From: Candidatus Thermosaccharophagus tengchongensis
Lineage (GTDB): Bacteria; Armatimonadota; Fervidibacteria; Fervidibacterales; Thermosaccharophagaceae
Strand: one strand, 5' to 3'
DNA: 64,000 nucleotides
NCBI GenBank assembly: GCA_032161105.1
Contig: JAVHTD010000001.1
The notes under the pieces were generated by a model. It made no database searches and was not told the origin of the DNA. It worked only from the letters and a program-made list of their open reading frames with translations. A program made the translations under genes and the position numbers. Below, piece after piece: positions 48,609 to 57,566 of the stretch. Within the stretch, counting starts at the first letter, position 1. Each line of letters begins with the position of its first letter.

Positions 48609-50600
48609 GTGCTCATGCATTCATTTTCAATTCATCGGAGAGGATGGCTAACTGAAGAAGCAGTTGAAGGGGTTGCGTTGCGTGGTGCGTTGGTGAGCCT
48701 GCAGCTTGTGCGTGGCGCCATCATCGCATTTCTTCTACTGCCGCTCAACGCCTATTGGATTGGGGTAACGGAGGGCTTATGGCATGCGCTCCACATGACA
48801 ACGCTCTCCCTGCCAATGAATGCCCTCGTGTTCCTCATCGCCTTGGGGTTGTTGAACAGGTTCATGGCAGCGCTTCATCCGAGATTGGCGTTAAGCGCTG
48901 GCGAGCTGCTGTTGATTCACATTGGATTAACTGTTCAAAGCGTCCTCATCGGTCACGATCAAATTGTTAGCTTGATGGGTGTCATACCGGCACCGGCGTG
49001 GTTTGAGAACCCGGCGAACAGGTGGCAGGAGCTCTTTTTCCCATACATTCCGAAGTGGCTCGCCATAACCGATAAGCGTGCTGCATGGCACTTTTATACT
49101 GGCAGCGGTAAGTTTTACGGCTCCGGGTATGAGAGCCAGTGGTTAGCGCCGGCTATTGCTTGGACTGTGTTTTTGGTTTCTTTGATCGTTGCGTATACCT
49201 CCTTGGGGCTGTTGATCTACTGCCGTTGGGCGCACCAAGAAAAACTTGGCTTCCCAATAACTCGCATGCCGATGGAGATAGCGGCTGGGCAGTTCAATTG
49301 GCGTTCAAACCTGCTTTGGTGTGGCTTTGCCGTAGCCGCATTTGTGGACATGCTCAACCACCTGCACCATCTCTATCCGAGTGTGCCGTTCATAAAGGTG
49401 CGCGCGAGGGATAGGGACTTAATGCACTTTATAACCGAGCCACCGTGGACAGCGCTCGGTTCAACTCCATTGGCGCTCTATCCCTTCATCATCGGCTACA
49501 GTTACCTCATGCCGCTTGATGTCTGCACATCGGCATGGTTTTTCTACTTGCTGCGCAAATTGCAAAGGCTGCTTGGGATGACCTTCGGGCTGATGCGTCT
49601 GCCGCGCTTTCCTTACGAGAATGAGCAAGCATCTGGAGCCGCCCTTGCCGTAGCCGTTCTGGCGTTATGGCGTGTCAGAAGGGCGCTCGTTGAAGCTGTA
49701 GTGCGCTCCTCTTCAATGGCTCGCAGAGAACGGCATCAGTGCGAATTCCAAAGGCTCTCAATGTCCGCTGTGATGGCATTTTTGATGGCGCTGCTTGTTT
49801 GCTTTCTCATTTCAACTCGTGCTGGATTGTCACTCGCAACAGCTGTTAGCTTTTGGGTGATGCATTTCCTCATCTCCATTGCCGTGACAAGGCTTCGCGC
49901 CGAAGCCGGTCCGCCATCGCATTCGCTATTGTTTGCCAACCCGCAGGACTTGATGCTCGCATGGCTTGGCAGCCGCTCATTTCGCCCAAAGGAGTTGGCG
50001 GCGCTCGCGCTTTTCTTCTGGTTCAATCGGCTCAATAGGAATCATCCAATGCCAGTTGCAATTGAAGCGATGCGAATGAGCGAAGTTATCAAGGTGCCAA
50101 TCCGGTTCACATGCGCATTCATCGTGCTCATGGGGCTAATGACTACAGCGTTTTGCTTCGCCCTTTACCCGGCGCTGTTTTACTCGCACGGTGCAACAAG
50201 AGTTGTCGGTGAAGTTGTATGGGTTGGGATGGATACATTCAACAGGCTCGCATCTTGGATTGGGACACCATCGCAACCAAATCCGTTCTCAAGGTGCGCT
50301 GTGGTGCTTGGGTTCGCCTTCACGCTTACTCTGAGCTCCCTCTATCACCGCATTTCATGGTGGGGGTTGCATCCGCTTGGCTACTTACTCGGGATGAGTT
50401 ACGCGATTGACTTCTACTGGCTCTGCCTGCTCATTGGCTCAACCGTTAAGTGGCTGCTTTTGAGATATGCCGGATCATACTCGGCATTGGCGGCAACCCC
50501 GTTCTTTGTCGGATTAATACTCGGTGAAGGGATAGTTGCATGCGCATGGAGCGTCTATGGCATCATCATCCAGAAGCCGATGTATGATGCGTGGTGGTAA
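48609..50600 (+). CDS. polytopic membrane protein, DUF6785/DUF6784-like putative transporter
   Basis: Many TM segments, WAHQEKLGFPI, RLRAEAGPP, WWGLHPLGY, PFFVGLILGE. Confidence 0.7.
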   Translation: MLMHSFSIHRRGWLTEEAVEGVALRGALVSLQLVRGAIIAFLLLPLNAYWIGVTEGLWHALHMTTLSLPMNALVFLIALGLLNRFMAALHPRLALSAGELLLIHIGLTVQSVLIGHDQIVSLMGVIPAPAWFENPANRWQELFFPYIPKWLAITDKRAAWHFYTGSGKFYGSGYESQWLAPAIAWTVFLVSLIVAYTSLGLLIYCRWAHQEKLGFPITRMPMEIAAGQFNWRSNLLWCGFAVAAFVDMLNHLHHLYPSVPFIKVRARDRDLMHFITEPPWTALGSTPLALYPFIIGYSYLMPLDVCTSAWFFYLLRKLQRLLGMTFGLMRLPRFPYENEQASGAALAVAVLALWRVRRALVEAVVRSSSMARRERHQCEFQRLSMSAVMAFLMALLVCFLISTRAGLSLATAVSFWVMHFLISIAVTRLRAEAGPPSHSLLFANPQDLMLAWLGSRSFRPKELAALALFFWFNRLNRNHPMPVAIEAMRMSEVIKVPIRFTCAFIVLMGLMTTAFCFALYPALFYSHGATRVVGEVVWVGMDTFNRLASWIGTPSQPNPFSRCAVVLGFAFTLTLSSLYHRISWWGLHPLGYLLGMSYAIDFYWLCLLIGSTVKWLLLRYAGSYSALAATPFFVGLILGEGIVACAWSVYGIIIQKPMYDAWW

Positions 50601-50663
50601 CGAGGATTTGCCGTGCGAGCCCAAGCATTACATCACTGCCGATTGTCAGCGGTTGTGTGAACC

Positions 50664-53069
50664 TTAATCCCGTCGCCTTAACTTCAGGAGCAACTCCAAA
50701 GCGCGCTCACGCACCTTATCGGCAATGGTTCTGTCCTTCTCCTTCATCCATTGGATTTCGTTTGCGCCGATTGGTTCAAGGACGCTTCTAACCCCTTCAG
50801 TGAGCAGCATTTCGGCTTCAGCGGCAAGGGATGCCATTTTGCCGCGCTTGTTTTGTGCGGCGGCTTCTCTCAGCATTTTCAGTATCTCGTAATCCTGAAC
50901 GCCATCTCGTATGGCTTCCATTTGCTTTGCCGCCGTTACGCTATCCGGAGCCAAGAAGAGCGGTGTATAGCAGTTGCGCGGGTCAAGATATGCATTCCAG
51001 CATGAGTTGCCAGCGTTGTCTCCGAATGCCCAAAAGAACATTTCGTCGGCGCCAATGGAGAAGCAATGCCAAGCTTGCAGCCGATAGTATGCATACGGGT
51101 CAAGCAGCTTGCTCGGACCGCTGCATGAGTAGAGAGCAAGCCGCTTGCCTTTATCGCGCCATGCAGTGTAGAAGGACTCATGCGCTTTTGGATTGCTCAG
51201 CCAAATGATCCTGTTTGGGCAAAGCACATCAACGGCTTCCGGCATGCGTTGGTTCATTTTCTCCGGCTCACGCCAAGTTGGATCAACCCATATGACCACA
51301 TCTGGTGCGGCGCGCTTGATTGCCTCAGCCCATACGATTGTCAATTCATCTTGCTCTGGCGTATGCGGCTCGTCAACGAGCAGGAAGCCAAGTTGCCCCT
51401 TTGTCAGTCCTCGCTTTCGCGCATGCTCCCACCAGAACTTGATCCACTCGCCCACCTTGCGAGTGAACTCGTCGGTGCCAGCTTTCGCGCCTTCAAAACT
51501 GTTCCCGACGGAGAGGAACACATAGTATCGGCTCGCCCCCTTCCAACGCTCAAGCCATCGGTCAAAGTTGCCTGTATCTGGCGGCTCAATCATGCACCCG
51601 GGTTCGTCAAACTTGCCCGAGGGCATCACAGAGCGAGTTGCCCAAGGTATGTCCACAAAGCGCTCGCGAATGTGCTTGATGAACTCATCGCGATTCAGCG
51701 GTGTGACACCGTAGCGCTGTTCCACATCGGTGTAATCCCAACCGCCAAGGTGAAGCGACTGGCGTTCGGGCATGCTTATCGGCAGCAGCGAAATTTGAAC
51801 TTTAAACTCGGCTCTGTCATTTGCATCCGTCGTCAAAATGATGCGCCCCTCGTATTTGCGTGCACCCACCCCATGAAATGTCACCCACAATTGACCGAGC
51901 ATGCCGGAAGGCACGGCAAACTTATTGCCCTCAGGCAGTGCAGCAGCTATCGGGATGCCCTCCTTCGTATCAGTCCAAACTGTGTGGTGAATTCTGGCAG
52001 CGACCGATTTTAGCCCATCAACTCTCACGCTCACTGTGATGGCTCGTTCACGGGCGTTTACAATGTTGATGGCGATGTGGCGCGTCTCCCGTTGCAGCAT
52101 TGCAAGTTTGATGGTGCGGTTTTCCGCAGAGCTTGCTCCGGCTGAAGTTGCACCCACCCTTTTGGGCAGCGGCTCAAGCGTCAAGTAGGGCAATGGGTCG
52201 TATGGCGATTGGGCAATGAAGGTGGCAAACTCCGCAATGCCAATAGTCCGCCACAAGCGAGCCTGCAATTTGAATAGCTCACTGTGCCACTCGTTTAGCG
52301 GCAGTGTGGTGCGAAATAGCGATGGGTCATTAACTGTGAACGAACGAGGCATTGATGATGCAAGTTCGTTTAATTGCTCCATCAACTTTTTCCTTGCGTC
52401 CGCAGCTGTGTTGGCTTGCTCAATCATCTGGCGCAGCCTTTCACAGTCGGCTTTCAGGCGCCTCAACGCACACCGCTCAATTTCTTTAAGCTGCGCAAAC
52501 TCGGTTAGATTGCCATATGGCTTGCCAGTGAGCGGTTGCTTGAGCCACGCTTCGTCACCCTCATAAACCTCCACTTCATCAACGAAGCAATACGGTCCTT
52601 GCGGAATGATAACCAATCCCACGAAGCGCCCGTGCGTTTGCCATCTATCGGTCCAGAACCTGTGAACTGCATAACCCTCTGGTGGTGGCGGTCCATTTTG
52701 CCTCTCGCTGGCTTGAACGAGTTCTCCAACTTCAAACCATTGCTTGCCGTCTGCGCTCACAAGCACCCATATGGCGGCTGGGAATTGCACGCCTGCAACG
52801 CCGGCTGCAGTGTTGAATGAAGCGCCACAGATTGGCGCATCTCGCCCGAGGTCAATTGTTATGATGACCGGGCTAACATTTTGCCATCCGACAGTTCCTC
52901 TCTGCGTCCAGAAGTAGCCTTGCACATATTGCCCATCGGTGAGCTGTATTCGGTCATCTGCATCGGTGCAGTAGCGATAGTTCGGTGCCGGTTGAAGATG
53001 GTATGGGCGGTTGAGGGCAATGTTTGGGCGCTGCACTGAAGCGATGAGAAGCAAGCACACCCAAAGCAT
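50664..53069 (-). CDS. secreted protein with N-terminal discoidin/F5-8-like domain and C-terminal DUF4091-like hydrolase region
   Basis: Signal peptide, NIALNRPY...QLTDG...ITIDLG...FVDEVEV, LVDEP, EAIRDGVQDYEIL. Confidence 0.65.
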   Translation of the reverse strand: MLWVCLLLIASVQRPNIALNRPYHLQPAPNYRYCTDADDRIQLTDGQYVQGYFWTQRGTVGWQNVSPVIITIDLGRDAPICGASFNTAAGVAGVQFPAAIWVLVSADGKQWFEVGELVQASERQNGPPPPEGYAVHRFWTDRWQTHGRFVGLVIIPQGPYCFVDEVEVYEGDEAWLKQPLTGKPYGNLTEFAQLKEIERCALRRLKADCERLRQMIEQANTAADARKKLMEQLNELASSMPRSFTVNDPSLFRTTLPLNEWHSELFKLQARLWRTIGIAEFATFIAQSPYDPLPYLTLEPLPKRVGATSAGASSAENRTIKLAMLQRETRHIAINIVNARERAITVSVRVDGLKSVAARIHHTVWTDTKEGIPIAAALPEGNKFAVPSGMLGQLWVTFHGVGARKYEGRIILTTDANDRAEFKVQISLLPISMPERQSLHLGGWDYTDVEQRYGVTPLNRDEFIKHIRERFVDIPWATRSVMPSGKFDEPGCMIEPPDTGNFDRWLERWKGASRYYVFLSVGNSFEGAKAGTDEFTRKVGEWIKFWWEHARKRGLTKGQLGFLLVDEPHTPEQDELTIVWAEAIKRAAPDVVIWVDPTWREPEKMNQRMPEAVDVLCPNRIIWLSNPKAHESFYTAWRDKGKRLALYSCSGPSKLLDPYAYYRLQAWHCFSIGADEMFFWAFGDNAGNSCWNAYLDPRNCYTPLFLAPDSVTAAKQMEAIRDGVQDYEILKMLREAAAQNKRGKMASLAAEAEMLLTEGVRSVLEPIGANEIQWMKEKDRTIADKVRERALELLLKLRRRD

Positions 53070-53114
53070 CTAACTCACCTCTAACCGGGCTATGAGTCAG
53101 TGTTTTCCATCTCA

Positions 53115-53771
53115 TCACCAACCCATTGCCTTAAGCCACGCATGCGCTATAAGCAGGTGACCAAACTGGTTTGGGTGGACTGGCTCCGGGCAGAACGCAT
53201 CTGCATGCCTATAGCGCAGCTGCTCCTGAAACAGCTCATGCAATGGCACAAACACGGCATTGAACTCGTCAGCGAGTTGACGGACGATGGCTTGATACTC
53301 CTTTAGCGCCTTGAGCACCTTCGTTCGCCATGAATCCGTCTCAATGTCAGTGCTTATGTAAAATGGCTCCATGAGCACAACTTGCGCGTTTGTCCGTTCC
53401 ATCGTCAATTCCAAGCATTGCCGGTAAAGCTCCTCATAGCGATTTGGCGGGACTGCTGTGGGATCGCCCGTGAGTGTCCGATGAACATCGTTGATCCCGA
53501 TGAGCACCGACAACCAATCTGGTTTGATGGTGAGCACATCGTCATGCCAACGGTCTCGCAAGTCCGCCACAGTATTCCCGCTTATGCCCTTGTTGATTAT
53601 TCTCACATTGAGTGGCGGATAGCGTATGGCAATCAGCTCAGCTATGAATTTCACATAGCCGTTTCCGAGCGGTTGTGCAATATCCCTTCGCCCACAATCA
53701 GTTATGCTGTCGCCGATGAACACAACCACTTGTCCATCGCTCAACCGAAACACTCCCTCCACCTCCCCCAT
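53115..53771 (-). CDS. SGNH/GDSL hydrolase
   Basis: FIGDSITD, NKGISGN, LIGIND, EPVHP. Confidence 0.92.
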   Translation of the reverse strand: MGEVEGVFRLSDGQVVVFIGDSITDCGRRDIAQPLGNGYVKFIAELIAIRYPPLNVRIINKGISGNTVADLRDRWHDDVLTIKPDWLSVLIGINDVHRTLTGDPTAVPPNRYEELYRQCLELTMERTNAQVVLMEPFYISTDIETDSWRTKVLKALKEYQAIVRQLADEFNAVFVPLHELFQEQLRYRHADAFCPEPVHPNQFGHLLIAHAWLKAMGW

Positions 53772-53790
53772 TTTTGTTGTCCAATCATCC

Positions 53791-55728
53791 TCACATTTGC
53801 GGCTCGTGAGTGTAGGTATGCGTTAGGGAGATGTTCGCTTCAAATGCCCTTTTCAAGCGCTCATAGTTGCGCTGTAATTGTTGCTTCTCATGTATTGCCA
53901 AGTCCGGGTCCTCAAGCGCTTGGTAAATTATCGCCCCCTCACAATGCGATGGGACTGGCAGCTCCATCAGGTAGCAAACAGTTGGGACGATGTCCATGAG
54001 CCAGACTGTGCGCTCCAAAATGACACCTTTGCGCACCCCAGGACCGTTCATTATAAGCAAGCCCCTCATTGAACCGATGCCAAACTCAGCCGTTGGAAGG
54101 TGTGGTCCATGTTGAGCCATAAACAGCGGGCTTACAGCATAAACGATGTCGCCAACAAGCTCTCCATGCAGCCCAATGATGCGGGCGTCTTCTCGCTTAA
54201 GCGCAAACACTATGGGTTTCTTGCCCGTCTTTGGGTCAGTGTAGTTGTAGAGCGCTTCAATGACTTTGTCCCTCACATCCTCATATTCGTCTGGCTCCAC
54301 TATGCCATCCGGGTCTCTCCCTTTGAGGTTCACATAAATGTAAGCTGCTCGCTGTGGGAAGGCTTTTGTTTCCTTCCAGTCCACCACTCGCCTTCGCTTA
54401 TCGGCAAACTTGAGCAATCCATTGGCTTCAAGGACGCTTGCAACATCAAATGGATTTGTTGTTGCCTTCGCACCATGGTCTGAGACAATTATGACGAGCG
54501 CATCTTCGCCAGCGGCTTCAACTATGCGCCCGATCGTTTTGTCAATGCTTTTGTAAAAGCCAAGCTCAGCACCCTCATACTGCTTCCTTACATCCTCATC
54601 AGGGCATGTGAGTGGGTCAAGCTGTGTGGCGAATGCGTGGTAGGCGAAGTCGGGGCAATGTATTTGCATGAAGAACAACTCCCATCGCTGCCGCTCAAAC
54701 AGCTGCGTTGCCGCATCTGCATACCACTTGTGTTGCATGTCCACGATCTCAACGAATGTCTGCGGGTCTATCCAGTCAAACATGAGGGCATTGAAGCCGT
54801 TGCGGGGCATAGGTAAGCCATCCTCGGATTGAATCGTCCTCGCAATCCCCTTTGGGTAGTCCCATCCATCTAATGCGCAAAGGCTTGTGAAGTAAAGAGC
54901 GAACTCGCTTGCGTCATTGGAGAGACGCACTAACTTGCACCTGAACACAGCCTCCATCAAGCCTTCGTCGGTTTCAAATTCGTCCCTGAGCACCTTGCTC
55001 CACTGCCTGACGGCGAGGACATCAATGATGGCGTTTACATCCTTTCCCTTTGCGAGCATTGCACGCTCATACCCATTGCTGCCTTTGCGCAGCAGCACAA
55101 AGTAGCTTTTTGGTTTGACCTTCAGCTTCGCCGAGCGGTATTGCAGCGGGAGCTCAACTTCAAGGTCATCTTGGCGCAATTCAATTCCGTTCCAACCAAA
55201 AGCCTTCTTCAACTCCACACGAGTTGCTTGTGGCAGTTCGTCGGTGCAAAACATTTGCTCATCGCACAGTGTCATCGGGACACCCCATGGCGGAACTCCA
55301 ATCTGCCATTCATTCAGGCATAGCCCCATACCGCCAAGTTGAACGCCGTCATTAATCGTTGGCGGCCATGTTGTGGGGTAGTTGATGATTATTGAGCGCT
55401 TGCCCACGCGCTCAGCAGCATTCCAAATGAACTCCGCCTTCACATCCCTTGAGTCAAAAGCTTGCACAATCTTATCAAGCGGGTCGCCCGGCTTGTGCAG
55501 GTTGAAGCAAGTTATTCCGTGCGTCCCGACGGTTGCCCCGGTCACTATTGTCGTCCAGTTGGGTGGGGTTATCGTCGGGAATGGCACAAGGCAATTCTCA
55601 GCATATACTCCGCCCTCAATCAAGCGCTTGAATGTGGTGAGTTCTCCGTCCATTGCAAACCTATAAACCCTCGGCGCTATAGGTGCATCCAGACCTATGA
55701 GGACGAGCTTGGTCGGTCTTTTCGCCAT
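53791..55728 (-). CDS. alkaline phosphatase superfamily / nucleotide pyrophosphatase-phosphodiesterase
   Basis: IGLDA, PTITPPNWTTIVTG (Thr nucleophile), PDFAYH, IVSDHG, YVNLKGRDP. GAGGTGAGGAGG RBS. Confidence 0.88.
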   Translation of the reverse strand: MAKRPTKLVLIGLDAPIAPRVYRFAMDGELTTFKRLIEGGVYAENCLVPFPTITPPNWTTIVTGATVGTHGITCFNLHKPGDPLDKIVQAFDSRDVKAEFIWNAAERVGKRSIIINYPTTWPPTINDGVQLGGMGLCLNEWQIGVPPWGVPMTLCDEQMFCTDELPQATRVELKKAFGWNGIELRQDDLEVELPLQYRSAKLKVKPKSYFVLLRKGSNGYERAMLAKGKDVNAIIDVLAVRQWSKVLRDEFETDEGLMEAVFRCKLVRLSNDASEFALYFTSLCALDGWDYPKGIARTIQSEDGLPMPRNGFNALMFDWIDPQTFVEIVDMQHKWYADAATQLFERQRWELFFMQIHCPDFAYHAFATQLDPLTCPDEDVRKQYEGAELGFYKSIDKTIGRIVEAAGEDALVIIVSDHGAKATTNPFDVASVLEANGLLKFADKRRRVVDWKETKAFPQRAAYIYVNLKGRDPDGIVEPDEYEDVRDKVIEALYNYTDPKTGKKPIVFALKREDARIIGLHGELVGDIVYAVSPLFMAQHGPHLPTAEFGIGSMRGLLIMNGPGVRKGVILERTVWLMDIVPTVCYLMELPVPSHCEGAIIYQALEDPDLAIHEKQQLQRNYERLKRAFEANISLTHTYTHEPQM

Positions 55729-55750
55729 CCTCCTCACCTCCGATGTTGAT

Positions 55751-57004
55751 TTATTCGGCATATAGAACTGCGGCGGAGAATGTCACAACCGATTGCCCAT
55801 CGGGATCTAACGACTGCTCATACTTGAGAATGTGCCCCTTTGCTCCCTCCAAGGCTTTAAGCATCACATAAGCAGCCGGTGTCGCATCAATGTTGGTGAA
55901 GTTGCGGTTGCGAGAGATGAACTGAACCATTCCATCAGCATCGCCGCGCTCCACGCAGCTTAGGAACTCACCATCGTATCGGCGAAGCCATTGCAATAGT
56001 TGTGGTGAGATCTTAACGGTGTGCCCGAAGCGCATCCCTACATGGCTCAAGTCAACGCTCGCAATTATGCATATGCGCTCATGCCAGCATTCAATCAATT
56101 GGCGGAGCACGCCCACGAATTCCCTTATCGGCTCAAGCTCCATCGGGTTGCGGGTGCTCGTGTAAGCTTGCCCGAAGTCGCCACAGATAATGGGGACGAA
56201 TGTAAACGGCAGGACATCACCGAAGGCGTGTTGCAAGAAGAGCAATTGAAACTCAATGGAGTGTTCAAAGCGGTGCGCAAGCTCGTCCGAGAACGGATCA
56301 AAGCTGTGACAGAGCGCTGTGAGCCTCTCGACAAACTCAACATTTACTTTAGCCACCCCAAATGGAGTTTCAAAGTCCTTGCGCGTGATTGCGAATGGCT
56401 GCTCCGTTTGGCAATGCGCTATCCCGAGAATTACGAAAGTGATCGGTTGCGGCTCGGCAAGCAATGCGCTTGCCAACTTGAAATGCGCCCATGCATAGCA
56501 AGTCCCGCCACGGCGCAAATCTATATGCGGTGCCATTATGGCGGCGGGCAATTTTGCGCCGCCGTTTAGCAATGGCACTCCGGGTCCATCGGGAGTTTGG
56601 TATAACGAGTCAAGCAGCGTCCTCAGTTGGTCTGCGTCCTCAGGATATGAGAGACCGGCATGCGCAGCTTTCCTAACCGGTTGCTCGCTGAACCATTGCT
56701 TCAACTCAACGAGCCTATTTGTAAAGCGCTCGTTCTCAAGCAGGTAATGTTCGTCAAGCTGCTTGATGAGCCCTTGTATCTCATCGCTCATTACGAGCCT
56801 TCCGAAGCGCCGCACAAATTCAACTTGCATTTCTCGCACGGAGTGCATCCCATCCATTAAGCTGAGGAAGAAAGCCATTTGATGCGGGAGCATCAATACA
56901 CCTTCCATGAGCCCGAGTGGGTCTCTTATGGCGATGTATTGCTTTCCCTCCACCGTGATGGGGAAGATGTCCACATTGCGCAATTTCGGGCAGTCCATAG
57001 CCAT
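55751..57004 (-). CDS. MEMO1-family protein (AmmeMemoRadiSam protein B-like) with N-terminal extension
   Basis: RKAAHAGLSYP, APHID, ILGIAH, FETPFG, HRFEHSIEFQ, ASVDLSHVG. Confidence 0.88.
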   Translation of the reverse strand: MAMDCPKLRNVDIFPITVEGKQYIAIRDPLGLMEGVLMLPHQMAFFLSLMDGMHSVREMQVEFVRRFGRLVMSDEIQGLIKQLDEHYLLENERFTNRLVELKQWFSEQPVRKAAHAGLSYPEDADQLRTLLDSLYQTPDGPGVPLLNGGAKLPAAIMAPHIDLRRGGTCYAWAHFKLASALLAEPQPITFVILGIAHCQTEQPFAITRKDFETPFGVAKVNVEFVERLTALCHSFDPFSDELAHRFEHSIEFQLLFLQHAFGDVLPFTFVPIICGDFGQAYTSTRNPMELEPIREFVGVLRQLIECWHERICIIASVDLSHVGMRFGHTVKISPQLLQWLRRYDGEFLSCVERGDADGMVQFISRNRNFTNIDATPAAYVMLKALEGAKGHILKYEQSLDPDGQSVVTFSAAVLYAE

Positions 57005-57135
57005 TCACTTCTGTAAGTGATGTCGCTTTAGGTGCGTGGGCTGTTTGGCAGCGTAGTCCCCATCTTAAGCTATGAGCCAGAGTTTGAGCGACGCTTGCAA
57101 ATGGGCTCAATGGCGCATCAGCACTGGCTTATTCC

Positions 57136-57393
57136 CTACCCCTCTTCACCCTCAACCTCAATCTTTCGGAGGCGCTGCGTAGCTTCCTCAAGGCGGTGTA
57201 TGCGTGCATCAATGATTGAACGCACCGCAAGCAATAATTCCTTCCTCGCATTCACGAGATGCTCAACTGCCTCCTTGCCGATCAGCCCAATCATGCACCT
57301 CAGCACAAGATTACGCATGCCCTCAAGCTTCTCCTCAATTGACTCAACTTCTGGTCTGCGCGGTCTGGCTGCGCGCCTTTCGCGTTCGGTCAT
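57136..57393 (-). CDS. small helical hypothetical protein (85 aa)
   Basis: GGGGAGGTG RBS and amphipathic EHLVNARKELLLAVRSIID helix. First gene of the minus-strand run. Confidence 0.7.
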   Translation of the reverse strand: MTERERRAARPRRPEVESIEEKLEGMRNLVLRCMIGLIGKEAVEHLVNARKELLLAVRSIIDARIHRLEEATQRLRKIEVEGEEG

Positions 57394-57566
57394 GTCTATC
57401 ACCTCCCCTTATGTGCAGTGGAGCATCATGTTGGTCATACTTTGTCATACGGCGCAGCTCTATCCAACCTCAAATTGCATAGCTACAAGCCATTGCTTAG
57501 TTTGCCACACCGTCGTTTGCTGGCAAGGTTGGGTCAGTTTGCACAGTTTGCATTGCGCTCTGAGGG